Source: an uncultured Herbinix sp. (GTDB lineage: Bacteria; Bacillota; Clostridia; Lachnospirales; Lachnospiraceae). Taken from it: a stretch of 54,135 bases of DNA. The stretch is taken from positions 1 through 54,135 of the forward strand of contig CAYMLE010000002.1 of NCBI GenBank assembly GCA_964391115.1. Reading direction: 5' to 3'. The notes below the pieces were generated by a model. It had not been told where the DNA came from. It ran no database searches and worked only from the letters and a program-made list of their open reading frames with translations. The stretch's first letter is position 1; each line of letters starts with the position of its first letter. Positions 9,156-19,220 of the stretch are shown one piece after another. The translations under genes and the position numbers were made by a program.

Positions 9156-10367
9156 ATGCTGACACCAGAAGAACAAAAACGAATCATATGTAAAGGAGCT
9201 CATCTTTGTGTGAACGAGGAGGATCTACATGAAAAATTAGTGAAGAGCTGTAAGAAAAACAAACCGCTTATTATTAAATTGGGACTGGATCCATCAGCGC
9301 CTGATATTCATCTTGGTCATGCGGTAGTACTAAGAAAATTGAAACAGTTCCAGGATCTCGGCCACACAGTCATCATTGTAATAGGCGACTTTACCGGTAA
9401 AATTGGTGACCCAACCGGTAAATCCAAAGGTAGAGTTGCATTAACCGATGAGCAAGTAAAGGAAAATGCACAAACCTATTGTGAACAAATATTTAAAGTA
9501 TTAGATAAAGAGAAAACTCTAGTAAAGTTTAATAGTGAATGGCTATCCAAGCTTACCTTTGAGGAAGTAATTAAGCTAGCAGCGACTACAACCGTTGCTC
9601 GTATGCTGGAACGAGATGATTTTCAAAATCGTTATAAAAGTGGTGTTCCGATCGGTATTCATGAGTTTTTCTACCCTTTAATGCAGGCATACGATTCGGT
9701 TGAATTAAAGGCCGATATAGAGCTAGGGGGTACCGATCAAACCTTCAATATACTAATGGGTAGAACATTACAAAAAACGATGGAACAGGAACAACAAGTT
9801 GCATTATTTATGCCGATCTTAGAGGGATTGGATGGCATTGAAAAGATGAGTAAAAGCATTGGTAATTATATCGGGGTTAATGAACCAGCAGAAGTAATGT
9901 TTAAAAAGGTTATGGAGGTACCGGATCATCTTATTCTGAGGTACTTTGAATTAGCTACTGATGTGCATCCGGATGAAATTGATAATATAAAATTGGAACT
10001 GGAACAGGGTGTTAATCCAAGAGATATAAAATATAGATTAGCCAAAATCATTACGGCTTTATATCATCCTCAGGAGGAAGTAGATAAAGCAATTATCTAC
10101 TATGATGCAGCTTACAGTAAAAAGGCAATTCCCGAGGATATTCCGACACTCTTAGTGGATATTGACAAGGATACAATTCAAGATATTATTACACAGTTGA
10201 TTTCTATGGAGATTATGAAAAGTAAAAGTGAATTCTATCGTATGGCAAAGCAAGGAGGAGTTCAGATAAACGGAGAGAAGATCAGTGAAGAAGATCTAAA
10301 TCAGGTTCTATATAATGATGATGTAGTCAAGATTGGCAAAAAGAAATTCTATAAAATTAATAAATAA
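9156..10367 (+). CDS. tyrS: Tyrosine--tRNA ligase
   Basis: KLGLDPSAPDIHLGH (HIGH), GGTDQ, KMSKS, C-terminal S4 domain. Confidence 0.97.
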   Translation: MLTPEEQKRIICKGAHLCVNEEDLHEKLVKSCKKNKPLIIKLGLDPSAPDIHLGHAVVLRKLKQFQDLGHTVIIVIGDFTGKIGDPTGKSKGRVALTDEQVKENAQTYCEQIFKVLDKEKTLVKFNSEWLSKLTFEEVIKLAATTTVARMLERDDFQNRYKSGVPIGIHEFFYPLMQAYDSVELKADIELGGTDQTFNILMGRTLQKTMEQEQQVALFMPILEGLDGIEKMSKSIGNYIGVNEPAEVMFKKVMEVPDHLILRYFELATDVHPDEIDNIKLELEQGVNPRDIKYRLAKIITALYHPQEEVDKAIIYYDAAYSKKAIPEDIPTLLVDIDKDTIQDIITQLISMEIMKSKSEFYRMAKQGGVQINGEKISEEDLNQVLYNDDVVKIGKKKFYKINK

Positions 10368-10478
10368 TGATATACGATGGTAATATGTGATTTTATTTGC
10401 CTGAATACTTTTATGGGAACCAATAGTATACAGCTGTCGTCTATATACTGTAATTTAAAACAATAAAGGAGACAGAAA

Positions 10479-11192
10479 ATGAAAAAGATCACATTATTAC
10501 TACTTAGCTTAGTTCTTGTTTTGAGTTTTGTAGCATGTAGCTCAAAAAATGAGGATATCATAGGAAACGATAACATCGAAGACAATAAGGATATCGACGA
10601 CAAGGATACCGAGGACCAGGATACTGAAGATAAGGACACCGAAGATAAGGATGCCGAGGACCAGGATACTGAAGACCAGGATGCCGAGGACAAGGATACC
10701 GAGGACAAGGATACCGAGGACCAGGATACTGAAGACAAGGATACCGAAGATAAGGATACTGAGGACTAGGAAGAGTCTAATGTCTTTGAGGGAAGTTTAG
10801 AAAGTATCCTAGAAAAAATCTATGAAACAGCGGATATAGATGATAGTTTCAGGGCTTATATGAAAGATGGACTTATGACGACAGAGATTACATCAGAGAA
10901 TGTGGCTTACTACTTTGGAACCGAAGGGATTGAATTTGAGTCTGGTATCGCATCCGAACCTATGATGACTTCCTCAGCATATTCTCTATGTCTCATTCGT
11001 GTAAAGGAAGGAGCAGATATTGAGAAGATAAAAACAGATATAAAAGAAAATGTTGATCCGAGGAAATGGGTATGTGTTGGCGTAGAACCGGAAAATATAT
11101 TTGTTGATAGCTATGAAGATGTTGTCGTTTTAATAATGAGTGATGAGCAGGGAACGGCTCTTTATGAAGGATTTAAGGAATTAACAAAGTAA
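10479..11192 (+). CDS. Lipoprotein partner of the MBOAT/DHHW operon with an in-frame TAG at 10767-10769 (joins ORFs 10479-10769 and 10860-11192)
   Basis: Lipobox FVAC, acidic linker, then open frame EESNVFEGSLESILEKIYETA... continuous into the 10860 ORF, which has no clear RBS. Confidence 0.8.
10599..10766 (+). repeat. 15-bp coding tandem repeat, 11 units of D(K/Q)D(T/A)E
   Basis: GA(C/T) (A/C)AG GA(T/C) (A/G)C(C/T) GA(G/A) units. Confidence 0.95.
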
Positions 11193-11247
11193 TGTTCAAG
11201 TATTGGATTGTCTTTCCTGTAGAAAACAATGAAGAATGAGGTAAGTC

Positions 11248-12651
11248 ATGTTATTTTCCAGTATAAGCTTTTTATACTATTTTCTACCGATTGTGATAGG
11301 CTTGTATTTTATTGTTCCATTTAAACTAAAAAATCTTGTACTATTAGTGGCCAGTTTGTTTTTTTATTTTTATGGGGAACCAGTGTATTCCTTAATGATG
11401 ATGATATCGTCATTAGCTGGGTATCTACATGGGTTGTGGATCCATAGAACAAGAGGGAGTAAATATAAGGCTCTCCCTATGATATCCTCCATAATTGTTA
11501 TTATAGGTTTTTTAGTACTATTTAAATATGCGGATTTCTTCATTCATAATATTAATTTGATTTTCCAAACAGAAATACCACCATTGAAATTGAAACTTCC
11601 CATAGGTATTAGCTTTTATAGCTTTCAAATTCTATCCTATACCATTGATGTATATCGCAAGGAGGCAAAGGTACAAAAGAGTTTTTTGAAGCTCACAACG
11701 TATGTAACCCTATTTCCTCAGCTTATCGCTGGACCCATTGTTCGATATACTACGGTAGAGGAGGAATTGTCCAAGCGAGAACATAGCTTTGCCAATATAG
11801 CCTATGGTATTCATCGATTTATCATTGGCTTAAGTAAGAAGGTTATATTAGCTAATTCCTTAGGGCGGTTGGGTAATGTGTTTGCCAATGCAGAGGAAAA
11901 GACGGTTTTGTTTTATTGGATTGTTGCGATTGCATTTTCCCTGCAAATATATTACGATTTCTCAGGTTATAGTGACATGGCAATTGGTCTTGGAAGGATT
12001 TTTGGATTTCATTTTCTTGAGAATTTTAATTATCCTTTTATTTCGAAAAGTATAACAGAATTTTGGAAAAGATGGCATATATCCTTAGGAACCTGGTTCA
12101 GAGATTATGTGTATATTCCAATGGGTGGAAACCGTGTGAGTACGGGATTATGGATTCGAAATGTCCTGGTCGTGTGGTTTTTGACAGGTTTCTGGCATGG
12201 AGCTGAATGGAATTTTATCATTTGGGGATTATACTTTGCACTGTTTTTAGTATTAGAAAAATACGTTATAAAAGGATTATTAGAGAAACTACCTTCGATC
12301 GTTGGACATATTTATACGCTCTTTTTCATAACAATTAGCTTTGTCATATTTAATAGTGAAAGCTTATTTGGAATGACTGAGAATCTGCAAGGAATGTTTG
12401 GAACACTTAAGTTGCCTCTATCAAATGCAGAAACCATCTACTATATGAAAAGTTATGGTTTTGTATTAATAATATCAGCGATAGGAGCCACACCCTTCAT
12501 CGCAGTGCTAGTTAACAAATTAAAAGGTTACAAATATGGATGGAGAATAATGAACGGGCTAGAACCAGTATTGCATATAGCACTTCTAGTACTAAATACA
12601 GCTTATTTGGTTGATGGATCTTTTAACCCATTTCTCTATTTTCGTTTTTGA
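11248..12651 (+). CDS. MBOAT-family O-acyltransferase (AlgI/DltB-like)
   Basis: LPIGISFY, FPQLIAGPIVRY, DFSGYSDMAIG, FWKRWHISL, GFWHGA, NPFLYFRF. Confidence 0.95.
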   Translation: MLFSSISFLYYFLPIVIGLYFIVPFKLKNLVLLVASLFFYFYGEPVYSLMMMISSLAGYLHGLWIHRTRGSKYKALPMISSIIVIIGFLVLFKYADFFIHNINLIFQTEIPPLKLKLPIGISFYSFQILSYTIDVYRKEAKVQKSFLKLTTYVTLFPQLIAGPIVRYTTVEEELSKREHSFANIAYGIHRFIIGLSKKVILANSLGRLGNVFANAEEKTVLFYWIVAIAFSLQIYYDFSGYSDMAIGLGRIFGFHFLENFNYPFISKSITEFWKRWHISLGTWFRDYVYIPMGGNRVSTGLWIRNVLVVWFLTGFWHGAEWNFIIWGLYFALFLVLEKYVIKGLLEKLPSIVGHIYTLFFITISFVIFNSESLFGMTENLQGMFGTLKLPLSNAETIYYMKSYGFVLIISAIGATPFIAVLVNKLKGYKYGWRIMNGLEPVLHIALLVLNTAYLVDGSFNPFLYFRF

Positions 12652-12671
12652 TGATCAGTGAGGATATTATC

Positions 12672-13775
12672 ATGAAGAACAATATAAAAAATATCATAGT
12701 TACATTCGTCTTTATGATTTTTATTTTTGGAGTAATGCTTGGGAATGTATTCGCGTAGGATACTAAACTATCCTTTAGTGAACGACGAACCCTAGCAGGA
12801 AAACCCTAGTATTCTCATGACAAACTTATCGATGGTAGCTTGTTCGAGGGATATGAAAAATATTTTCTGGATCAATTTATATTCAGGGATACCTTTCGAG
12901 CCATAAAGGCATATGGCGAGTATCATTTATTACATCAAAAGGATAATAATAATATCTATATGATTGATGGTAAAATATATAAAATGCTTTATCCGCTAAA
13001 TGAAAAAGCTATTCATAATGCTGCAAATAAAATAAATGAAGTTTATGAGAAATATCTTCAGGATAAAAATGTATACTATAGTATCATTCCAGATAAAAAT
13101 TATTTTACAGCCAAGGAAAATGCATATCTTCATTTAGATTATGAACGTATGCAGGAGATTATGGATCAAAATGTGAAGCATATGAAATACCTTGATTTAT
13201 TTGATGTCCTGACGATTGATGATTACTACGATACAGATATTCATTGGAAGCAAGATGAGATTATTGATGTTGCCGACCATCTGTTAGAGGGCATGGATAA
13301 TAATTTCAAGTCCTCAAACGATGAGTATAGTAGGAAAGAGCGGTATCCCTTTTATGGATCCTATTATGGTCAGGCGGCCATTAAATTCAATCCAGATACG
13401 TTAGTCTACTTAATTAATACAAGGCTGGAACATGCAATGGTTTATGATTATGAAACCGAATTAACTAGCAATATCTATATACCAGAAGAATTTGGAGGAA
13501 TGGACTCCTATAATCTTTTTCTTTCCGGTGCAAAGCCTTTGCTCACCATAACAAACCCAGAAGCAGCCACAGAAAAAGAGCTGATACTATTTCGCGATTC
13601 CTTTGGTAGTAGTATAGCGCCTTTGCTCCTTGGGGGTTATTCTAAGATAACTCTTGTGGATCTGCGGTATATAGCCACTGATTTATTAGATAAGTATATC
13701 GACTTTACCATGGATCAGGATGTATTATTTCTTTATAATACTGAAATACTAAATAATAGCTATATGTTGAAATAG
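12672..13775 (+). CDS. DHHW-family (AlgJ/AlgX-like) protein with in-frame TAGs at 12756 and 12807
   Basis: GAGG RBS, ATG 12672, N-terminal TM anchor, then A*DTKLSFSERRTLAGKP*YSHDKLIDGS joining the 12840 ORF; TDIHW, RDSFG and VDLRY motifs. Confidence 0.85.
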
Positions 13776-13806
13776 AAACAGCAGACGGGAAGTCTGCTGT
13801 TTCTTT
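13776..13806 (+). terminator. Rho-independent terminator
   Basis: AAACAGCAGAC-GGGAA-GTCTGCTGTTT directly after the stop codon. Confidence 0.8.
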
Positions 13807-14155
13807 ATGGTATTACCTCTTCGTCATAGGTCACTTGAATCAAAAAAGATAACTATTTAGTTGACTATAAGGAAGAGATACCATATAATAAGATAGTACA
13901 CAATACAATCACATAAAATTAATATAGAAACGGCAATTAATAGATAAATGTATTCAAAAGAAGGACGGTGGTACATGAAATTACTATGTGTGGCTACTAA
14001 AATAAGTTTTTAGTATCAGGTGAAAATTCGTCATTATTGATACAAAAATCAAAAAAGATTGTTAAATATTAAACACAATGCGGATTGACAAATATTTAAC
14101 AGGTGATAAGATATTAATTGCTAAAGGAAACATATTATCGAAAGGAGATTACAAT

Positions 14156-16555
14156 ATGTCTGATATAACAATACAAACCAATATTGTAGAACAGGGTCCA
14201 CTTACCGATGCCTACTTAAATAAGATGCACGCTTATTGGCGCGCAGCCAACTATTTAGCAGTGGGACAATTATATTTACTGGATAACCCTTTACTTAAAA
14301 AACCTCTAACCATGGAGCAGGTTAAGAAGAAGATCGTTGGCCATTGGGGAACGGTACCTGGTCAAAACTTTGTTTATGTTCATTTAAATAGAGTGATAAA
14401 GAAATATGATCAAGATATGATTCTGATATCCGGTCCTGGTCATGGAGGCAATTTCTTTGTTGCAAATACATACATGGAGGGTAGCTATAGTGAAGTATAC
14501 CCGAATATCAGCCAAGATGAGGAGGGTATGAAGAAGCTGTTTAAGCAATTCTCTTTCCCCGGCGGCATATCTAGCCATGTAGCCCCAGAAACACCAGGAT
14601 CCATCAATGAGGGTGGTGAGTTGGGTTATTCCATCGCGCATGCTTTTGGTTCCGTGTTTGATAATCCTGACTTAATTACAGCCTGTATCGTTGGTGATGG
14701 TGAAGCGGAAACCGCTCCGCTAGCTACATCATGGCAGTCCAATAAATTTTTAAATCCGGTGGCAGATGGTGCAGTATTGCCGATTCTACACTTGAATGGT
14801 TATAAAATTAGTAACCCTACTATATTTGCTCGAATGTCTCATGAAGAAATTCAGAAATTCTTTGAGGGTAATGGATGGAAGCCTTATTTCGTAGAAGGCC
14901 GTGACCCCATGACCATGCACAGACAGATGGCAGAAACATTGGATACGGTTGTAGAAGAGATAAAGACACTACAGAAGAGGGCTAGAGAAACTGGTGATAC
15001 GACAAGACCGTTATGGCCTATGATCGTATTAAGAACTCCGAAGGGTTGGACCGGACCGAAGATCGTGGACGGTAAACAGATCGAAGATTCCTTCCGCGCT
15101 CATCAGGTGCCTCTCACAATGGAGCAACCGGAGCATTTGAATCTATTAAAGGAATGGCTGGAAAGCTATCATCCAGAAGAGCTATTTGACGAAAAAGGCA
15201 GACTGGTACCTGAGCTTGAGGAGATGGCTCCCAAAGGAAATCGCCGTATAGGTGCTAATCCTCACGCCAATGGCGGTAAGCTCTTAAGAGATCTTCGTTT
15301 GCCAGACTTTAGAACGTATGGTGTTGAGGTTCCGACCCCTGGTTCCATTGATGCACAGGATATGATGGAGCTTGGTGGCTTCATTCGTGATATTTTCTCT
15401 CTTAATGAAGAGAATAAAAACTTCCGTGCTTTTGGCCCGGATGAGACGATGTCAAACCGTTTGAGTAAGGTCTTTGAAGTTACCAATCGTGATTGGAATG
15501 CCGAAACCTATGAGAGTGATGAGTTTCTATCCAGTAATGGCCGAGTTATGGATTCCATGCTAAGTGAGCATATGTGTGAGGGCTGGTTAGAAGGCTATCT
15601 ATTAACTGGTCGACATGGCTTCTTCGCCAGCTATGAAGCATTTATCAGAACGGTAGATTCGATGGCTGCTCAGCATGCAAAATGGCTTAAGGTATGCAAT
15701 GAGCTTCCTTGGAGACAGAAAATCGCTTCATTAAACCTAATTCTTACCTCCAATGTATGGCAACAGGATCATAATGGTTTTACCCATCAGGATCCAGGCT
15801 TCCTAGATCATATTTCCAATAAGAAGGCAGATGTGGTACGTCTCTATCTACCACCGGATACAAACTGCTTATTATCTACCTTTGATCATTGTATAAGAAG
15901 TAAAAACTATGTTAATGTTATCGTTGCATCCAAGCATCCTCGTCCCCAATGGCTGACGATGGAACAGGCAGTAAAGCATTGTACTCAAGGTATTGGTATC
16001 TGGGATTGGGCTAGTAATGACCAGGGACAGGAACCAGATGTTGTTTTGGCTTGCTGTGGTGATACCCCTACGATGGAAACCCTTGCTGCGGTTACGATTC
16101 TTCGGAGCCAGATGCCAGAGATCAAAATTCGTGTTATTAATGTCGTTGACCTGATGAAGCTTCAGCCTCACAGCCATCATCCTCATGGTCTTACAGATAA
16201 CGAATATGATGCATTATTTACCAAGGATAAACCAATCATCTTCGCATTCCATGGTTATCCTACCTTAATCCATGAGTTAACCTATCATCGCAATAATCGC
16301 AACCTTCACGTGTGTGGTTACCGCGAAGAGGGTACCATTACTACACCGTTTGACATGCGTGTGCAGAATGAGATAGACCGTTTCAATTTGGTTAAGAAGG
16401 TTATTATGCGTCTACCTCAACTAGGAAACAGAGGAACTTACTTGATTCAGCAGATGAATGATAAGATCGTAGAACATAAACAGTATATTCATGAATATGG
16501 CCTGGATCTACCTGAAGTTCGCAATTGGAAATGGAATCTCACGGAAGAAAAATAA
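14156..16555 (+). CDS. xfp: Phosphoketolase (xylulose-5-P/fructose-6-P)
   Basis: GHWGT, GPGHG, EGGELGY, GDGEAET (TPP motif), [12 protein letters not shown]; start at 14156 after AAAGGAG. Confidence 0.96.
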   Translation: MSDITIQTNIVEQGPLTDAYLNKMHAYWRAANYLAVGQLYLLDNPLLKKPLTMEQVKKKIVGHWGTVPGQNFVYVHLNRVIKKYDQDMILISGPGHGGNFFVANTYMEGSYSEVYPNISQDEEGMKKLFKQFSFPGGISSHVAPETPGSINEGGELGYSIAHAFGSVFDNPDLITACIVGDGEAETAPLATSWQSNKFLNPVADGAVLPILHLNGYKISNPTIFARMSHEEIQKFFEGNGWKPYFVEGRDPMTMHRQMAETLDTVVEEIKTLQKRARETGDTTRPLWPMIVLRTPKGWTGPKIVDGKQIEDSFRAHQVPLTMEQPEHLNLLKEWLESYHPEELFDEKGRLVPELEEMAPKGNRRIGANPHANGGKLLRDLRLPDFRTYGVEVPTPGSIDAQDMMELGGFIRDIFSLNEENKNFRAFGPDETMSNRLSKVFEVTNRDWNAETYESDEFLSSNGRVMDSMLSEHMCEGWLEGYLLTGRHGFFASYEAFIRTVDSMAAQHAKWLKVCNELPWRQKIASLNLILTSNVWQQDHNGFTHQDPGFLDHISNKKADVVRLYLPPDTNCLLSTFDHCIRSKNYVNVIVASKHPRPQWLTMEQAVKHCTQGIGIWDWASNDQGQEPDVVLACCGDTPTMETLAAVTILRSQMPEIKIRVINVVDLMKLQPHSHHPHGLTDNEYDALFTKDKPIIFAFHGYPTLIHELTYHRNNRNLHVCGYREEGTITTPFDMRVQNEIDRFNLVKKVIMRLPQLGNRGTYLIQQMNDKIVEHKQYIHEYGLDLPEVRNWKWNLTEEK

Positions 16556-16614
16556 TTATTGTAGTAACAGATTCTATATCTAGTCGCATTAGAATAGATG
16601 ATATCGTCAAGTTA

Positions 16615-16703
16615 AAAAACCACCTTCACTGATGTGAACTGATCCCATAAGTTAGATTTTTAGGCCTAACTTATGGGGGCACATCAATGTGAAGGTGGTT
16701 TTT
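16615..16703. terminator. Bidirectional terminator with nested palindromic element
   Basis: AAAAACCACCTTCAC...GTGAAGGTGGTTTTT between convergent genes. Confidence 0.75.
16631..16685. repeat. Short palindromic REP/MITE-like element
   Basis: GATGTGAACTGATCCCATAAGTTAG...CTAACTTATGGGGGCACATC; resembles IS3-family terminal sequences as I recall them. Confidence 0.5.
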
Positions 16704-16721
16704 ATATGTAGATGTATACGA

Positions 16722-17342
16722 TTATTCGTTAATAACTTTCTTCTTAGTTGCAACAAATCCAACAACTGCCATAGCGGCTAATGCGATATAAATAAATGCA
16801 TAGCTTGTTTCGCCAGTCTTAGGAACTGAAGTAGTAGTGTCAGTAGCTTCTACAACTTCCTCAGCAGGAGCAGCTGCACCATCTTTGTCAATCGTTATAG
16901 AAGAAACAGTGAGATTATCAATTTTGCCATCAAAAGTAGGAGCCTTGAAGAATAATTCAGTTGCTTCTGCAGTAGCAGTGAAGGTTGTAGTAACATCGAA
17001 GTCGCCGGTAGTGAAGCCTTCTGCTGACATGTGGTAGATTTCGGAGTTTGTGGTCTCATTTACATCAATAAGCCAAAATCTAAAATCACCAACACTGTTT
17101 CCTGTTACATGTACAGTTACTGTTTCACCAGCATTCACCGGTTCAGCTAAATAGAAGGAGATGTTTGAACTCTTGGATGTAACGGAACCATCCGCATTCT
17201 TAAGAACTGTGAGGTCAACTAATCCTGAACCACGGCCCAGGTTGTCCGTTTCAAGTGAAACGGGAGTCTCTGCTGCAAAAGCAGTCATGCTGCTGAATGT
17301 AACAAGGCAGAGAGCTAATACTACTGTTAAAATTTTCTTCAT
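16722..17342 (-). CDS. Secreted, probably sortase-anchored protein with a beta-sandwich (CBM-like) domain
   Basis: Signal peptide ending AFA, VPKTG motif, TM segment and KKK tail. Confidence 0.75.
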   Translation of the reverse strand: MKKILTVVLALCLVTFSSMTAFAAETPVSLETDNLGRGSGLVDLTVLKNADGSVTSKSSNISFYLAEPVNAGETVTVHVTGNSVGDFRFWLIDVNETTNSEIYHMSAEGFTTGDFDVTTTFTATAEATELFFKAPTFDGKIDNLTVSSITIDKDGAAAPAEEVVEATDTTTSVPKTGETSYAFIYIALAAMAVVGFVATKKKVINE

Positions 17343-17608
17343 TTAGTAATATCCTCCTTAAATTGAATTATTTAAATCATTTTCATTATAGTAACTAAAA
17401 GTAGTCTTGTCAATATGTTCCACACTTGTATTCCACATACTTTTCAAAAAATATTATGTATCACATTAAAATTTTAGTGAAATAGCATAGTGATATTACA
17501 TATAAATATAATAAGAATGCTCGTTTTGCACAAAATATCTATAATTAAATTAATATATTTGTAGACTAGAATAACCTACTAAAACATGGAATCTTTGATA
17601 TGAGGGTA

Positions 17609-17637
17609 TTGACGATGAATGGAATCTATATTAAGAT
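17609..17637 (+). promoter_or_regulatory. sigmaA promoter for the MATE leader
   Basis: TTGACG, 17 bp, TAAGAT. Confidence 0.7.
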
Positions 17638-17654
17638 AAGTTTAATATATTTAA

Positions 17655-17742
17655 CACACTTCTATGCCACCGGGTATAGAGATTCTGGTGTTCTAAAACA
17701 TTCCATTAGGTCGAAGAAGGAATGTTTTGGAACATTTTTTTT
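17655..17742 (+). ncRNA. Probable guanidine-IV riboswitch
   Basis: Hairpin CTATGCC-ACCG-GGTATAG, then terminator TGTTCTAAAACATTCC/GGAATGTTTTGGAACA-T8 whose loop carries AGGTCG (ACC:GGT kissing pair); upstream of a MATE gene. Confidence 0.7.
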
Positions 17743-17809
17743 GTCAAGTTAATGGTTTGTAGATGTTTTTTTAAGTAAAACTGTCATTGAGATGGAGAAG
17801 GATGAACGA

Positions 17810-19123
17810 ATGAATAAATCGATTTATAAGAGTTTTTTGGAATATGTAAGTTTAAATATACTAGGTATGATTGGACTGTCTTGTTATATACTAGCAGACA
17901 CCTTCTTTATCTCGAAGGCACTCGGTGCAGTAGGTATTGCTGCACTTAATTTTTCAATACCGATTTATAGTGTGGTACATGGTATCGGATTGATGATAGC
18001 GATGGGTGGTGCCACAAGATTCAGTATATTAAAGGCTCAAAAGGATCCTAGCAGAGCGGATATGGTTTTTACTCATAGTGCAGGAATTGGCCTATTACTA
18101 GGTATCGTGTTTATGATACTGGGGATGATTGGCTCCCAGCTATTAGCAGAAGTATTAGGGGCTGATCATACTACCTTAGGTATGACTAATACGTACTTAA
18201 AGACGATATTATCATTTTCGCCATTATTTATTTTGAATAATATCGTATTAGCTTTTGTTCGAAATGATAATAATCCGAATTTATCCATGATAGCCATGCT
18301 AATCGGTAGTTTTTCAAATATTATTTTGGATTATATCTTTATGTTTCCTATGGACTTGGGGATGTTTGGCGCTGCTTTTGCTACTGGTCTTGCTCCAATG
18401 ATTAGTATGGGAGTATTGTCGATTCATTTTATGAAGAAGAAAAATAGCTTTCGTTTAACCAGAGGTCGAGTTCATTTATCGATTCTAGGACAGATATTTG
18501 GATTGGGATTATCTTCCTTCATTAATGAGGTGTCATCTGCCGTTGTTTTAATTACCTTTAACCTAGTAATACTGGGGTTAAAGGGTAATATAGGCGTTGC
18601 TTCCTATGGAATTGTTGCCAACATAGCTCTAGTTGGTATCGCTGTGTTTACCGGAATTGCTCAGGGAATCCAGCCACTGGTCAGCAAGGAGTATGGAGCC
18701 AGAAGCTATGAACGATTAAAGATGATCATAAAATTAGCACTGCCCACCTCCTTGGTGATAGCAGGGTTGATATATATTAGCATCTTCTCCTATGCAGATC
18801 GCATTGTTGGGGTATTTAACAGTGAACAGAATCTTGAGATTGCACAGATGGCGAAAGAAGGACTTAGAGTGTATTTCCTAGGCTTTTTCTTTGCAGGAAT
18901 TAATATAATAATGGCTACTTATTATAGCGCGACGGAACAAGCAAGAGATGCCTTCGTTATCTCAATCACGAGGGGATTTGTCATTATCATTCCCTTCGTA
19001 TTAATACTAAGCCGTTTATGGTCGATGACGGGAGTATGGGTTGCATTTGTCTTAACGGAGGGAGTTGTCACAATCCTTGCGGTGTACAAGGGGAAAAAGC
19101 TAGCGTTCAAGGAGTCCATATAA
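17810..19123 (+). CDS. MATE-family efflux transporter (MepA-like)
   Basis: LADTFFI, NIILDYIF, GAAFATG, GIAQGIQP; about 12 TM segments. Confidence 0.92.
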   Translation: MNKSIYKSFLEYVSLNILGMIGLSCYILADTFFISKALGAVGIAALNFSIPIYSVVHGIGLMIAMGGATRFSILKAQKDPSRADMVFTHSAGIGLLLGIVFMILGMIGSQLLAEVLGADHTTLGMTNTYLKTILSFSPLFILNNIVLAFVRNDNNPNLSMIAMLIGSFSNIILDYIFMFPMDLGMFGAAFATGLAPMISMGVLSIHFMKKKNSFRLTRGRVHLSILGQIFGLGLSSFINEVSSAVVLITFNLVILGLKGNIGVASYGIVANIALVGIAVFTGIAQGIQPLVSKEYGARSYERLKMIIKLALPTSLVIAGLIYISIFSYADRIVGVFNSEQNLEIAQMAKEGLRVYFLGFFFAGINIIMATYYSATEQARDAFVISITRGFVIIIPFVLILSRLWSMTGVWVAFVLTEGVVTILAVYKGKKLAFKESI

Positions 19124-19126
19124 AAA

Positions 19127-19188
19127 GCTGCTTCAAAATAATAAGGGACGGTGGTAATGTCACCGATATTACTATTTTGAAACAGCTA
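19127..19188. terminator. Inverted repeat between convergent genes
   Basis: AGCTGCTTCAAAATAATAA...TTACTATTTTGAAACAGCT. Confidence 0.6.
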
Positions 19189-19220
19189 ATGGGGGCTTAA
19201 AATTGCTTACATAATAGGTA

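Noticed and set aside
10349-10738. Ser-rich minus-strand ORF
   Set aside because: Antisense shadow of the D(K/Q)DTE repeat
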